Part shown: in pieces, positions 10,962-25,417 of the stretch
Layout: each line of letters starts with the position of its first letter
Position numbering within the stretch: position 1 is the first letter of the stretch
The notes under the pieces: generated by a model
Databases searched by the model: none
The model's input: the letters and a program-made list of their open reading frames with translations, nothing else
What the model was told of the DNA's origin: nothing
Source: Lobosporangium transversale
Taxonomy: Eukaryota
NCBI RefSeq assembly: GCF_002105155.1
Contig: NW_019028981.1
Location: 496,001-560,000 of the forward strand
Length of the DNA stretch: 64,000 nucleotides
Reading direction: 5' to 3'
Program-made: the position numbers and the translations under genes

Positions 10962-13900
10962 TTACTTGGTGTCATCACTGACATGAGTCTTTTCTTGGAG
11001 GCATGAAACAACAGCCGTCATGACAGCAATCTTGCGAATACTATCAATACTGTCCCACACACGCTCTTGTTGGGCTTGTGCAACCTTACGGTTAGAAAGC
11101 TTGTGGCGACGAGAGTTTGTGGGAACAAGCTTAGCTGTGAGCTCGAAGGACCAATGCTTGAAGATCTGCACCTTAACCACATCGAGGACAATAAAATATA
11201 CGAATGAAATCAATAGTACAATAATGGCCTCACCAGCAGGAACTTTGGGAGTCAGTCCACCAAAAATGACCATCAATAGTGCAATAATCTGAGTACCAAT
11301 AATGACAATAGCGAAAATAGGTGAAGGCAGGTTCTCCCAGAAGTAGCCAGTCAGACGGGTTGAGAAGATAACAAAGTGGGGAGCCGACGATATGTGTAGG
11401 TACATGATTGACTCAAGCTTGCGCTCGTCATAAGGAGCCTTGTCATCCACAGGAGCATATCCAAAGGCCTTCCAGAACGTAAAGAAGTGGGCAAACGAAA
11501 GGGCAGTCAGGCAGAGACCAAGCACTATCGACATGGTGATCAACTGTCCTATCCTCCACTTGTCAGGATGAGCAGAAATCTGGGCATTATCAACGGCAAT
11601 GACCAGCGTGGCAAGGTCGTTCAAGATGCAAATCAATATAAGCAAATGGGCAGGCAGGGACCAATCATAAGCCATAACGACGACAAAGAAAAACATCAAG
11701 AAATGGACAGTTGAGGTGATACGGTAGAGAGCATAGGAGCGCATGCGTTGGAAGATGGCACGAGAAGTCGTCAAACCATCTACAATGGTAGAAAGGCCAG
11801 GAGCAAGCAGCACAATATCGGCAGCAGAACGGGCAGCATCCGTGCATCCATGGACGGCGATGCCAACATTGGCCTTTTTAAGGGCAGGGGCATCGTTAAC
11901 ACCATCGCCGGTCATACCAACAAGAATACCACGCTTTTGAAGTAGCTCAACGACACGATACTTGTGCTCAGGAATAACTTGTGCAAAACCATCGGCACGA
12001 ATGCAATGTTCAGTAATTTCATCTTCAGACTTGTCAGGGTCAACCAAATGTCCAGCGTCTAACATGACGCGTTGCATACCAAGACGGTGAGCGACCTCCT
12101 TAGCGATGATCAATTGATCTCCAGTAATCATCTTGACAGACACACCCATGTCGTTGCAACGGCGAATAGTATCAGCAGAGTCGGGGCGTGGAGGATCAAT
12201 CAGCGAGATCATACCAATAAGTTCCCAGCTATCTAAATTGCCCGCGATAGTGCGGGCGACACCCAATGCACGAAGGCCACGCTTGGCAAGGGAATTGACA
12301 GCGCGGACGGCGTCATCATCGCCACCGACGAGACGAATAATGACCTGAGGAGCGCCCTTCGCGACCTTGAATGTAGAATTAGTCTCGGTGTTGGTGATGG
12401 TGGCCTGCGTGAGTTTAGTGGAAGGATTAAAGGGCAAGAATGACGTAACCTTATAGCCGGGAACTTCATGCTTGTGAGTGCGGCCCTTGAGGATCTCGAG
12501 CTGCTCCTCTGCAGCACTACGAACAGCAGACTCAATAGGGTCATTAGCACCAGCCTCAGCAGCGAGATATGAATACAGGAGGATATCGTCCGAAGTATAG
12601 TTATTGGCCAAGTAAGGCTCGTCAAAGGTCAACTCGTTCAAGGTCAAGGTTCCAGTTTTATCTGAACAGAGGACAGAAACAGAGGCCATCTCCTCGACGG
12701 CTGTCAATCGCTTGACAATAACTTTCTTGGCAGCAAGCTGCTTGGCGCCTACGGCCATAGTAACGGACATGACAGTTGGAAGGCCAACAGGGATAGCAGC
12801 GACAGTGAGAACCAGGACTTTGCCAAGCACAGTGAGGAAATCACCCTTGCCTTTAGGATCACCATGGAAGTGCACAAGCTGGTAAACTAGGATAATGCCG
12901 ACGAGGACGACAGTGATGAGGATCAGGAAATTGCCAATGCGGTTGATGATCTTTTGGAAATGGCCCTCTTCTGTAGTAATTGAGATCAGGTTGGCAGCAC
13001 GGCCAATAAAGGTATCTCCACCAGTCTTGGTGACAACAGCCATCTGCTGACCTTGCTTGACAATCGATGACGAGTAGACAGTCTTTCCTTTATTTTTAGC
13101 GACAGGAAGTGATTCTCCAGTAAGAGCGGATTGGTCAATGAGAAGATCACCCTCGGTAGCTTCGCCAGTCGCACCAATCCCAAGAAGACGGCCATCGGCA
13201 GGCACAATGTCACCAAGACGCAAAACAATGACATCTCCAGGGACTAATTGACTCACATCCAACTCAACCAAATGGCCATCACGCCAGCATCGGGTCTTTA
13301 AAGCAAGTGTTTGACGGAGAGCATCTAAAGCAGACTCAGCCTTAGATTCTTCAATAAAACCGATACATGCGTTGACGAGCAACAGGCCCAAAATAATACC
13401 GAAATCCAACCAGTCCTTGACGACCGCAGAAATTACACAGGCGACCTCGATCAGGTACGCAATGGCACCGGTGAAATAACTCAAAAACTTTAAGAGGGGA
13501 TTGCGCTTGACTTCAGCCAACTCATTTGGACCAAAACGGGCGAGACGTTCGGCTGCTTCAGCGGAGGTCAAACCATGCTTGGGGTCTGTCTGAAGTAAAG
13601 TCTCCAACTCTGGTGAAATTTCATCTGAATGTTCATGATGTTCAGTTTCTTCGACCTCGAGCTTTCCTTTAGTCGAGGTTTCTATAATAGGAGCAGCCCA
13701 TTAAAAAATGCAAAGAAAGAGGATATTAGTTCTACGACAATATATATAAAGCAAGTCAAAGCTTGGGTGTATGTTCTGGAGGATGGACTCAGAGGAGGTA
13801 TCGTCAAGGTCAGAAAAGATATGAGAGGAGGCTACATGGACTAACACGTTTTGACATTGAGCTGTTAAAAGTGTGTGGATTTAGTTGATTTGCCGACCAA

Positions 13901-14026
13901 AAGCTGAGCTTGAAACCACCGTTACTAAGCTGTTCACAGAACACACGCCCCTAAAATGGATGCTGTTAGGACAAAGGGAAGAGGTGGAAGGAAGCTGAAA
14001 GGCTTACCCTCGATCTTTTCGCTCAT
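10962..14026 (-). CDS. PMA1: Plasma-membrane H+-ATPase (P3A); exons 14026-14008, 13681-10962 (912 aa)
   Basis: Contains DQSALTGES, CSDKTGTLT, KGAPQ and MTGDGVNDAPALKKA. A 19-nt first exon (MSEKIE) splices in frame via GTAAG...TATAG. Confidence 0.97.
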
Positions 14027-14195
14027 GGCTATTCGTGTTGACTATGTTTTCCCCTTGTAACTGCTTATTCAGAGCAGATGGAAGCAGAGGGTTTGACGAC
14101 AGGGGAAGGGTGAAGAGGAAAGGCAAAAAGGAAGGGAGGAAATGTGCTGAGCCGATAAGAAAGAGTGGTGAGGAAAAAAGGAGACAAAGTATTGC

Positions 14196-14202
14196 TTTTA
14201 TA
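14196..14202 (-). promoter_or_regulatory. Putative TATA box (TATAAAA) of PMA1
   Basis: TATAAAAG lies 170 nt upstream of the ATG, before a CT-rich leader. The same arrangement occurs at ICL1 and eEF3. Confidence 0.5.
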
Positions 14203-16439
14203 TGGATGATTTGTACAGTAACGAATACCTTACTCACTCTTTACTTTCTACTCTTATCTTCATTTCATGCAGACCCTCTTCCCAAACAAAAAGGTATAAA
14301 CAAACTAGCAGAGCAATTTGATGAATAGATGGCAGAAAACCTTTTAAACAAACTTGATGATAGAATAAACGAAATAGCCATCCTTGTCCAGTTGGACCAT
14401 TGTTTGTTTGTTTATTTTGAAGGGACGTGGTACAGAGTTTGGGGATCAGTCAAGTCTAGCCAAAACTGAATTAATTAATAAGGTACATGTACATCTTTCC
14501 ATACACTGACTGTTGCTCAAAGCGGTGCCGGAAAAAATGCAACAAAAGCGCCTGCAAGCCCACATGAAGTTCGTCTGAGTCTCCAGTTATTATTTTCCTA
14601 TCAAGAAGAGCAAAACCCGTCCGACCTTTGGGCCTGTGACTGTTTTCTCCTAGCGACCTGAGCATATCAGAGACGAGCATGGTTTTTATATTCTCACTGA
14701 AGTTGTGCTTGTAGTAACAATAGCAGGATTATGATGAATTTCTTAACTTTGTTACTTAGTAAGCACCTCTTTCTTTCATAATTGATGGATTGATCATCCA
14801 AATTGAGAGATAGAGTCGGATGGTTCATATTATGTATAAACATCCTGATTTCCTTCTCTGTAGTGATGGCATTATTAATTATGGGGTCCTCCGTTTACTC
14901 TGTTATGTAAACAAGCCTTGTTCATTAATTCGACTCCCTGTATCTGAAAGATATTGCTGACCCAATCAACATGAAGAGGGGCAGTAGTGAATTCTTATAC
15001 CAACTTCAACAATGCTTTTCCTATCATGAAGCTGCTCCTTTGTAGTGAGAGGGAAGTTAACTAGCGGAGGCAGAACTCTCTACTTGGGTGCACATGGTCG
15101 CTTGATGTCTTCTAAAACTGAGCGATTATTTTTTTTTTGTTTGGTTATTTGTTTGTTTGCGGGGAATAACACCAAATCTCACAAGATTAAGATTCATTTG
15201 TGCCTTGATTAGGAATGGCCACATCAGATGGATTTTCTGAATGCATGTACGTGCATGTTTCTTCTTTGCCATATCCATAATGAAATACATATTTCTCTTT
15301 CTGCCCCCAGAGCAAAAGAAAGAAAACCATCTTCCACCAGATGATGGCCATGATCCTTTTTATTTTATTTTTCTTATTACACAGTAACCATATTCATATT
15401 CCTCAGGATTCCCCTTATTAATGGGATCTTGTTAACCATCATCAATTGAAATAACTAGATCTTGTGTGTATTCTTATTTCTACTTTAACCACACCTGGCG
15501 TACTGGGCTTTAACAATCTAAGGAGTAATGAAATAAAGCAAAGTCGCAGGTCCTAGTTTTGCCGGAAGTTTAATTTGTCTGCTCTTGTCCTTTGAAGTCC
15601 ACTTGACTCAATTCTTTCCCAATTCGATCTTTTTAGTTTTTGCTCAGCAACTGTAGTAAAGAACGTGGGATGCATTTAGGGGCCTCTGTCATCCTCTCTT
15701 TTTTAATTTGTCCATACTACTGCTCTTTTAGACCGCATGAGAGAAGGGGTCGAGTACTTATGTACATGCTAGGAGGCAATCATCCTTGCATCCTAACTAT
15801 CGATTCAGAAGGTCACGTCTCAATGCAGGGGATCATATCTATCCAGGAACAAAGGTTACATCTTCGTAAATGTCGAAGATCTAGGCCCCAGTTGATAAAA
15901 AGGACAACCCTTTAGGATATCGAAATCATTTTGATATGAGGCGAGAGTGATAGGCTAGAGACAAGGGGTAAAGAAGAAGAAAAAAATGACTCACTTTCTA
16001 TCAGTTGCTTTTTTATCAATGTGGACATGTGGAGAACGAGTATCTGTCTCATTCCGGGTGAATTGTCCCAACCCTTGTCCTGGATAAGGCGTACTTTATA
16101 GCTTACAAGGTTTTAGAGTGTAATTATGATTTGTCTGAATTGGTTTTTAGGACACGACAAAAGGGTCTACTGAATGGTCTACGAAGGACATTTTCTACGG
16201 TACCATGTCCGTATGTACCACTCACACCGCTCTTCTGGCTTGAGAAGTAGATACAGATCAGATTTGTAGGCAGAGGAGCTTGTTTTTTATTTCACGTCCG
16301 ATTTTCAATAGAGAAAGGTGACACACGGACATGGCACCGTAGAAGATGTCTAGAAAGCGGTCACTTTCCTTTTTGAACACCCTGTTGTCTCATTCGCGCG
16401 TTTACAACATTGATTGGCCTTACTCCATGCTCCTTGAGA

Positions 16440-18284
16440 ATGCCACAGCCGCCACTCATGTCAATTGCAGCTACTTTGGCTGCTCACAGGAAAAATTCTG
16501 ACAAGCCAAAAAAAGCTCAGGCAGCTGGAGGCGCACAACAGACCACATCGACAGGATCCTCTCATAACCAGACCCATATCCAGCTTTTTCCGTCTACTGT
16601 AGCCTCAATTACATCTTCAACTCCGTTGTCAGTACCACCGCCAAAGCCACAGCAGACACGGGCGCAGGAGTTGCATGATTATTCTCCAAACCCATCATTG
16701 TCATCAGCATCGGGCTCGATAAAGAAAAACCTTTCAGCCTCCTTCGTACAACTTTTACCCATCTTTCAAGACCAAGTCGTCTCAGACGCCACGGGGACAC
16801 AAATCAATGCCTGTCAGTACAACAGCACCGGCGAATATATTTTGACAGGAGGCGTTGATCGCACAGTAAGGCTTTGGAATCCAGACACAAGATTCTGTAT
16901 AAAATCGTACGAAGCACATGGGTGGGAAGTATTAGATCTGGCTATATCACCTGAGAATGGGAAATTTGCGAGCTGTGGAGGCGATAAAACCGTTTTCTTA
17001 TGGGATGTAATGTCGGGAATGACGATTCGGAGGTTTACGGGACATACTCAGGTACTAGATCAATGTATATATATGAAACGTGAATCATTATTCCGAGCTA
17101 GTTATTCATTATTATTTTTTTTAAAAATTAAATAGAGAGTGAACACTGTCGATTTCAATGATGAAGGCACGGTGTTAGTGTCAGGTAAGGAACTAGAAAT
17201 CCTCACAGACAACAGTAGCAGTTAAGTACATACTTATTCGTTTTACTATGTAATAACACTTTAGGATCATATGATGCGACGATACGACTCTGGGATTGCA
17301 GGTAAAAAAAAAAGAAAAAAAAAGAGAGAGACTACATTTGTTTCATGCCCCTGTATGCTCAAGTGCTTTGATTGATTGGTATCCTAACTGTTCAACTTCG
17401 AGCGCGATGTATATTAGATCAAACTTGCGAGCACCAATACAGATTTTAGAGGAACCAAAGGACAGTGTTACATCTATTGAGCTGAAAGGAAGTGACCTGC
17501 TGGCAGGGTAAAAACAACCACTAATCTGGTGTACTTGAGCCCTTAGTCTGAGTATCATGGATTCTGAACCACGCGAAAACTTACTCAGTCATGTGCATGA
17601 TTCTCTCGCCTTCTTGGTAGTTGTGTGGACGGGTCAATAAGAATATACGATATCAGGAAAGGATCACTCATCACGGATCAGATTTTCGGTACATCCAAAT
17701 ATTGTTACATGTGCATTTAATCCACCATTTGCCTAAGCATACTGACTTTTGTTTTACCTTATCAAAGACTAATATTTAATGTGTCACATTTACTCATCTT
17801 ATAGAGCCAATTACATCAGTGGCATTCTCGTCTGATGGTAATTGTGTACTAGCAAGTTCGCTGGACGACACAGTAAGACTCATGGACCGTGATAATGGCA
17901 CGCTTCTGAACGCCTATAAAGGTCATAAGAATAACCAGTATAAGATCCGATCATGTCTCGATAACTCTGACGCGCATGTTATCAGTGGCTCAGAGGATGG
18001 CAAGATTTTTATCTGGGACTTGATGGAGGTAAATTAGTGTGTTTGGAGGCTATTGCTAGTACTTCTATATTCTACCGTTTGAGTGCTGTAGCCGAGGTAG
18101 CGTTTAACATTTAAGATCACGCTCGCCATTTTACTTTTTCCCACAGGGTGCGATCATTCACGAGATTGACGCGCATTCCAAGATTGTGTCGGCAATTGCG
18201 TATCATCCAACACAAGATAGGATGTGCTCAGCTAGTGTCGATGGCTCTATCAAAACCTGGACTTCACAACCTGCGACCGCATGA
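16440..18284 (+). CDS. WDR83: WD40 protein WDR83/MORG1-like; exons 16440-17051, 17136-17184, 17265-17301, 17418-17507, 17621-17688, 17805-18028, 18147-18284 (405 aa)
   Basis: GEYILTGGVDRTVRLWNP, YEAHGWEVLD, FASCGGDKTVFLWDV, RRFTGH, SGSYDATIRLWDCRS and SGSEDGKIFIWDL are typical of WDR83. The spliced model stays in frame. Confidence 0.85.
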
Positions 18285-18592
18285 CAACAGGGCATTCGCC
18301 GTCGAATATTGCATGCTGCACTCCTTTTTTTTTTTTTTTTTTTTTTTTTTTGCACGTTGAATTCCTCACAGTCACGAAAAAGAAAAAGACATGGTAAAGT
18401 TTTACCATCGCATATCTCTTTCTACTTTTGTTGCATTGCCATCCTTCTTTTAATAAAGCTACCACTTTCTTTCTGCACGACTTACAGGCCCTAGGCTTCC
18501 TTCATTGAGCAGTTCTTATTTCTCTACATCTGCAAACAATTACCTACCTTGTAAATCCTCTTTCTTTCGAGGAATCGGCATTGTCTTTCATC

Positions 18593-21500
18593 ATGAACAT
18601 GAACCAGCCCATTTCCATAACCGACACTTTGAAGCGTCGTAAGTTCATGTAAACACGGATAGTAATTCAGCGTGGTTATAGCACAGCAGTATATTTTCTC
18701 GCCATTCCCGTCATAAAACTCGGGTTAAAAAAAAAAAAAACATGGATAGCGATCTCATGCGCCCAATATGTTTATATGTATAGGGTTCCTGGAAGCAATT
18801 GACAATGTTAAAGTAGAGCCAGGCCGGTACAAATATGTTATCGTTGATGCACGCGCAGCAGATATTATGGCATCAGCAGGCTGCCACTTGGCTGATGTTT
18901 TGGCACGAGAAGGAACTATGTGTAAGTTTTTTTGTGTTTTACATATATTGTTGAAATGTGTTCATTCTGTTTCTAGTAATTATCATATACTTTTACTGTA
19001 TTTAATAAGGACATGATAGATATCGATGCTTTTTCAAAGGCCTTCTAGTCTTTGGTGATTTATCGTATTCTAATCAGTCAATTGGGATCTCATTTGTATT
19101 GAATCATGCCGTGTGGCGTTATTATAGACCTTGAAAACCTGGAGAAAAGACGATCGCCTGCAGTGAATGTTGAAGCCATCTACTTTGCAATGCCGACTGA
19201 AGATTCTGTACGACGCATCATCCGTGATTTCAAGAATGGACGACCTGCCACGTATTCTGCTGGACATTTGTTCTTTTTAGCAGGTAGGAAAAAAAAAAAA
19301 AAAAAAAAGAAATCGGATGATGCGAAAAAAAGCTTCGCCTTTTTTTTTCTTCTTTTCTTTCGAGTGGCGAAGTTAGGATCCAGATTCAATCAATCAACCT
19401 GAACACTGTCCTTTATTTTTCCGCGGAGCTATTTTGTCTGATGAATGGAACTGAGGGCTATGTTTTTTTTTCTTTTTCTTTTTCTTTTTCTTTCTGTAAT
19501 ATGTAGCAATGGATGACAAGACATTTGACCATCTGCGAGCATCCACGGACGCAAAATACATCAAGAGCTTGAAGGAGTTGTTTATGGACTTCTATGGTAA
19601 GGCACTTTAATAATCTTAAGATTGAGAATTAGAAATTATTCAAATGATTAGCTAAACATTTCACAATATTACGCAAATCCCTATAGCCGTTGAATCAAGG
19701 GTATTTTCCTTAAATAATAGGAACGCATTTTTTAATCTCTTTTGTCCTATGCTCAAGGAGCAGAATCAGCATGCAGAAATCAATTCTATTTCTAAGCAGG
19801 TAAGGAAAATCTAGAGAAGAAAAGTATGAATTGTTTGCTCTCTATAATTGATACACGATTTTTTTTCTTCGGTTAGCTTATCTCTGTGTGTGCTTCCTTA
19901 CAAGTCAACCCTATCGTGTCATATTATCGTGCAAACGACTTGACGATGCAAACCTCCAAGAATATTGCAATGACTGTTCAAACTGACCTTGACGAATATT
20001 TTAAAGGACAACCTCGCATCGGAGTATGTTATTCGTTATTATTGAAAAAAAAAAAAAAAAAAAAAAAAAAAGAATAACTAAGCAAGTTAAATCGACTATC
20101 TGTTATGCTGGCATTATTCTGATTACTATCCTCTTTTTTTATTTTATTTTTTATAATAAATCGATAGCTTAAGCCCCCGCATTTGATGATCATTGACCGT
20201 ACGATCGACCCCATCACACCAATCCTACATGACTTCTATTACCAGGCGCTTGCGACAGACTTGTTACCGATCAAGGATGGCACCAAATATGAATATAACT
20301 CATTCAAGGAAGATGGGACACCCTGCGAAAAAGTTGCCATTCTGGATGAAAACGACAAGACATTTACAAAGATTCGTCACAATCATATCACGGACTGTAT
20401 CAAGTTTTTGAAATCTAATGTGGATAGCTTTGTGGCTGAAGCAATGAGCAAACCGTAAGTGAAGTGCCACAAATTGACATTAGTATAAAGGGGAGAAAGA
20501 GAGGAAATAGGACGTATTTTAGACATGAATTCCAACGTTTTTTTTTTATATCTTTACTCATCTCAGAAATATATAATATCGTTTGCTTATTTAGTACCAC
20601 TGGAAACCAGTTGGATGCAATCAGAGAGCAGATGGCGAAACTACCACAGTTTCAAGAAAACAAGGAGAAGGTATACATAGTTTAAACCACAATCATTCTC
20701 TGTGCTATGGGCCCAACACGTCTTATTGAGAATATACACTGATCTAGCTTTTTTTTTATCACTATTATTACTATTAATACTATTCAAGTATTCGGTTCAT
20801 CTTTCCATCGTTAATGAGTGCCTGGAATTCATCAAACACAATAAGCTTGTTGACATTTCTGGCTTGGAGCAATCATTGGCGACAGGACAACTAGCTAGTG
20901 GTGAAATCCCGAAATCGTTCGATCCTGAAGTTGCAGCATTCTTAGATGATAGCAGTGTCAGGTAAGCTTCAGTGGACGATGAGCAAGGTCACTTTGATGA
21001 GCTATCGCTTGTTCCCACTCATTTGATAATACTACTTACTGAAAAGATGACCAATCTCTTTCATTTTTTATTTTACTTTCTTTCTTCTATTCCCAGGATG
21101 GTAGATCGCTTGCGTTTATTAATGCTATTTTTCATCACCCAAGCCGTGCCCCAAGAGATGCGAAACCAGCTTTTCCAATTGAGTCGATGCAATTATGCGG
21201 ATCGAGATATTGCTAATAATCTAGAGTTCTTGGGCGTCAAACTGGACGTGGTAAGGTTCTTGAGAATCCTTTGATACTAATCATCAATCAATGAGATTTC
21301 CTAAAGCTCTTTTTTTTTCTTTTTCTTTTTCTTTTTTTTCTTTTTTTTTCTTTTCTAATGTCAAGGCCGCACCGCCCCCGGCAAAGAAGTGGTGGATCAC
21401 AGAGCTGCTCAAAAAGAAATCTGTCACGGAAGACGATATCGAGTATGATCTACCACGTTATTCCCCTGTGATCAAGTCTATTATAGAAGGAGTTGTAAAC

Positions 21501-22100
21501 GGAACATTAGATCGTGACCAATACCCTTATACATTAGCACCTGATCAACTTGAAACGATCCAAGCACGCAAGACAGTTCGCTCATTGCGATCAGCACAAC
21601 CAACATTCCATCATAAGGGCCGTCGGAACGAGCCTCAGGGGCGATTGATCCTGTTTATTGCTGGAGGCGTGACATACAATGAAATTCGAATTGCCTATGA
21701 ATCTGCTGCAGCACATAATTGGGACATCTTGATTGGATCAACTCATATCATTACTCCACCCTCATTCATGGACGATATGCGAATGCTCCGAAATGGGCCT
21801 CCTCCACCCCCACCTCCACCACCTCGCTCACCTTCCCCACCTCCAGAATCACACGCTTCATCGTCATCAAATAGGACTAGTGGATCTGGTGGAAGCAACC
21901 CTTTTGCAAGTGTCAAGAATGTTTTTGGAGGGCCTCTTAACAAACCCCCCAAAGAGCAGCCACATCAGCAGCACCTACAACAACAGCAACAACAACAGGT
22001 TATGCAGCCCCTCCCGCAACGACCGTCAAATCAATTGAACTCCAGTGACTCATCTAGAGTTAAGGATAAACTTAAAGGTTTCTGGAACGAGCTCAAGTAA
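18593..22100 (+). CDS. SEC1: Sec1/Munc18 family protein; exons 18593-18638, 18784-18921, 19128-19283, 19507-19596, 19687-19799, 19877-20023, 20168-20454, 20595-20670, 20789-20961, 21097-21250, 21366-22100 (704 aa)
   Basis: Contains EAIYFAMP, IIDRTIDPITPILHDFYYQA, LPQFQE..EKYSVHL, EQSLATG, DRLRLLML and ILFIAGGVTYNEIR...IGSTHIITP. Pro- and Gln-rich C-terminal tail. Confidence 0.92.
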
Positions 22101-23328
22101 AAAAAACCATGCGAATTTTAATAATAAACACATAATAGCTTTCTACGTCAATCCATCTTCGTATTAATTATTCTATTTTACCACCCATCTCATTCCCACG
22201 TTGCTACTAAAGACTATACTATCCATACAACTATACAGTTAGTCTAAAAAGCCAGACTTGATCCCCTCTGCTTCTTGTTGTTTGCACACGCGCCATTTCA
22301 TACGCCTAGACATAGCACGTTGCTTTATTTTAAAAAGCAGCAGCAGTAGCAGGTTTATCGAGTATGGGAGCTGTGCAACAATATGTAACCAATATAAATC
22401 AATCCTATGCAAAACGAACCATTACTAAACATGCTATTAGTAAAGAAAGGTCAATACAAAAGCACAGAAAAATCTTACCTTCAAGGTTATACCCTAATTT
22501 AACTAATGAATGATGTCTAAAAACAAGTTTTTGGTACAATGCTCTTAGCCAGGCGCCATTCATAGTCATCGTTCTTGTAGGCATTTTAGACCGGTAAAAA
22601 TAGAGCAGTTTAGTTTATGGCAAACCTACGACACTCGTCGAAGTCTTGAAGTCCAGGACACAGGCCGGTTGTTGCAACACCAAGAAACCTGAGACACTGC
22701 CACAACAGGTTGCTTTTTTTTTTTTTTTTCTTTTTTTTTCTTTTGAATATATCTCCAAGTAGCGAGAGATGTTCATCTTTCTGTGAAGTCAGTGATGACA
22801 TAGACATCCTCACTTGTTCCTTTGAGAGTATATCACTTGAAGTTACACCTCAAGCGAAAAACGCCTGTACTAGCGGCCGGAGATCGCATAACTTGAAGTC
22901 TACTAAAAAGAAAGAAAGCCCTCGCTGTGAAATGAATTGAAAAGAAAGTGTAGCGAGACAAAAAACTCATTCCGGTGTGAAATAAAAACCAATCTTTTGA
23001 GAAAGAGAAAGAAAGCAGCGAAAGAAACCCATTCCTCTGTGATAAAGAGAGAAAGTACAACAAGCGAATTTCGCCCTACAATGGGATGAATTCCTCACGC
23101 TGTTGTCGCTTCTTCACATTCACTGGATAGAAAATGCAATACCACGTATATTAGAGAGTTCTTTAAGTCTTTAATACAACGCCACCATTTAAGCGTGGGA
23201 GTTTTTTTTAATTGCGTTCTTTTTTGGAAATTGATATATTACATGAGATGATGAGAGGGGAGGAGGCTTTTTTTTTTCTAAACTGTCTCGTCTACAAGGA
23301 TGTGTGAGTAGTAAAGAGGGGGGAAATT

Positions 23329-25267
23329 TTAGTGAGAGAATTGGGTCTCAGTGACACCAGCACCCATAGCAGCAGTAGAGGAGACACCACCAGTAACAGT
23401 CTTGATCAAGTTGTCATAGTAGTTAGCACCCGACCAGTTTTGGTGTGCCAAGGTCTCGACGCTGTTATGGCGCTCCTGGCGCTGAATGCCATTAACGTAG
23501 GCGTACATGCCCTTGTCAGCGAACTCACGAGCAAAAACATCAACACCGAGAGCATTGCAGTGGAAACCAGCAAGAGTGATGAATTGCCAGGAGAAACCGA
23601 GCTTGCCAAGGTCGCTGATGAATGTGCGCATGTCGTTGTCGGTCATGCCAGCAGCATCCCAGTTGAACGAAGGAGACAAGTTGTAGGCAAGCATGATATC
23701 GGGATGCTTGGCCAAGACACCTTGAGCGAACTCAGTAGCTTGGGCCAAGATGGGCGACTTGGTCTCCATCCAGAGAAGATCAGAATAAGGAGCAAAGGCA
23801 ACAGCTCTATAAAGTTGTGATTGAATAGTTTTAGTAAGGACGAATAAGTAAAAGTGAGCCCTCGAATTTAGTGTCCAGGCCAGGACTGATGCAATGCAAC
23901 TCATCCAAATGAGGAAGCTGTTCCTGTGTGGGGCAAATTCTAATTTATCCTTGGTCATCCCTTCTCTTCGTTTGTCACTGCTAAGCAATGACTCCGCTCC
24001 AAGTCCAGTCCAGCTTGGCTCAGTCCAGTCCAATAGAATCCAGTCCAGTTGAGTTGAGTCAAGCCTGAGCAATGGTTCAGTGTAATGTGATAGAAGTGAT
24101 GGTATAACGTTACCTGTTGATGGCGCAACGAGTGCCGCCCTGGTATCTGTAGTAACCCTCGCGAGTACGGGGAAGATCCCAGTCCCAATGGACTTCGACA
24201 CCATATTCCTTGGCGAGCTGACGAGCCTCAGGATTGGAAAGGAACTCGGACTTGGACAACCACTCATTGACCTTGGCCTGCTTGCCCTTGGCCTTGAGTT
24301 CGTCCGCAACAGCATCACGGTACAATTTGATGTTGGCCTCCTTGACCCAGTTGTCCTCAACAGCTTGCAAGTCATCACCGTTCTTACCAGCAGCCTGAGC
24401 ATCTGCCATGACGACAACCAGAGGCTGGAGCTTGGGGTTGGTGGCTCCAAGAATAAAGGCGTGGTCACGAGGATCGATGTTGGAGGTGATAAGGGTGGCG
24501 GCCTCAGAATCAGTACGAGCAACAATCAAGTTTTCAACTCCCATGATGTCGAACTGTACTCTGCTGGCAACCAGACGGTTGATGTGCTCAGAGATAGGGA
24601 CAAGAACCTTACCGGCCATGTGGCCGCACTTCTTGGTTCCAGCCATTTGATCTTCCAAGTGAATACCAGCAGCACCACGCTCAACAAACATCTTGGCGAG
24701 CTTCATGTTGGCGGTGATACCACCATGACCAGTATCAGCATCAGCAATGATGGGGCGCAAGAAGTCAATGTTGGCCATCTTGGTGCGCTGGGCCTTGGGG
24801 GCTGTCAAACGGGCCTCACGCTGCTTACGGTCATGGAAGAGTTGAGCAAAGAAGAGATGTTCGACCTTGTTAGGTACAGTGTCCATGGGGTAATCAGCCA
24901 GATCGGGGCCGGGTTCGTTTGAGGTTGAGGCGGTGGACGAGCATTGCCAACCAGAGACGTAGACAGTCTCAATGTACTTGGCCATCTGAGCAACTTGGAT
25001 GGGGTCCAAGGCGCCGAAAGTGTGGGAAGCAGTGCCGTTCTTGCGGTGGTTCTTGAGAAGCTTCCACAACTTCTTGGCCTGGATGTTGGAGGCATAATCT
25101 GTTTGGATAGTACCACGCTTTGAGACAATAGATTCTGCAGAGTAAGGGCGAGTGATAAGTTTGAAGCGATCAGTGGCCCACCAGGCCTTGACTTTGGCGA
25201 CCTCCTCCTGGAAGTGAGCGTCCTCGGCATCGACGTAAGCAGCAGTGGATGTGTTTGTATGGACCAT
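23329..25267 (-). CDS. ICL1: Isocitrate lyase; exons 25267-24114, 23806-23329 (543 aa)
   Basis: Contains [18 protein letters not shown], catalytic [16 protein letters not shown] and WQFITLAG. A 307-nt GT-AG intron restores frame. Confidence 0.97.
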
Positions 25268-25410
25268 TGTGAATGGATGTGTTGATGAGGGAGCTGAGAA
25301 GAAAGGAAAGAATGTAAGATCAGGGGAAGTGAGGGGGGAAGGAAAGATCGGAAGGATGATACTGATGAAAAGGAAGAAAGAAAAAAGGGGGAAAAAAGAG
25401 AAGAGTTCCC

Positions 25411-25417
25411 TTTTATA
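25411..25417 (-). promoter_or_regulatory. Putative TATA box of ICL1
   Basis: TATAAAAG lies ~145 nt upstream of the ATG, followed by a pyrimidine-rich leader. Confidence 0.5.

Noticed and set aside
15604..15993. Two TGACTCA motifs between PMA1 and WDR83
   Set aside because: Several such 7-mers are expected by chance in 64 kb, and there is no functional context supporting them.
22560..22940. Protein-like fragments between SEC1 and ICL1
   Set aside because: No consistent start or splice model and no recognisable homology.
23300..23340. Possible cryptic peroxisomal targeting of ICL1 by stop-codon readthrough
   Set aside because: The stop is TAA-AAT rather than the TGA-CTA readthrough context, and the C-terminus (FSH) is not a PTS1.
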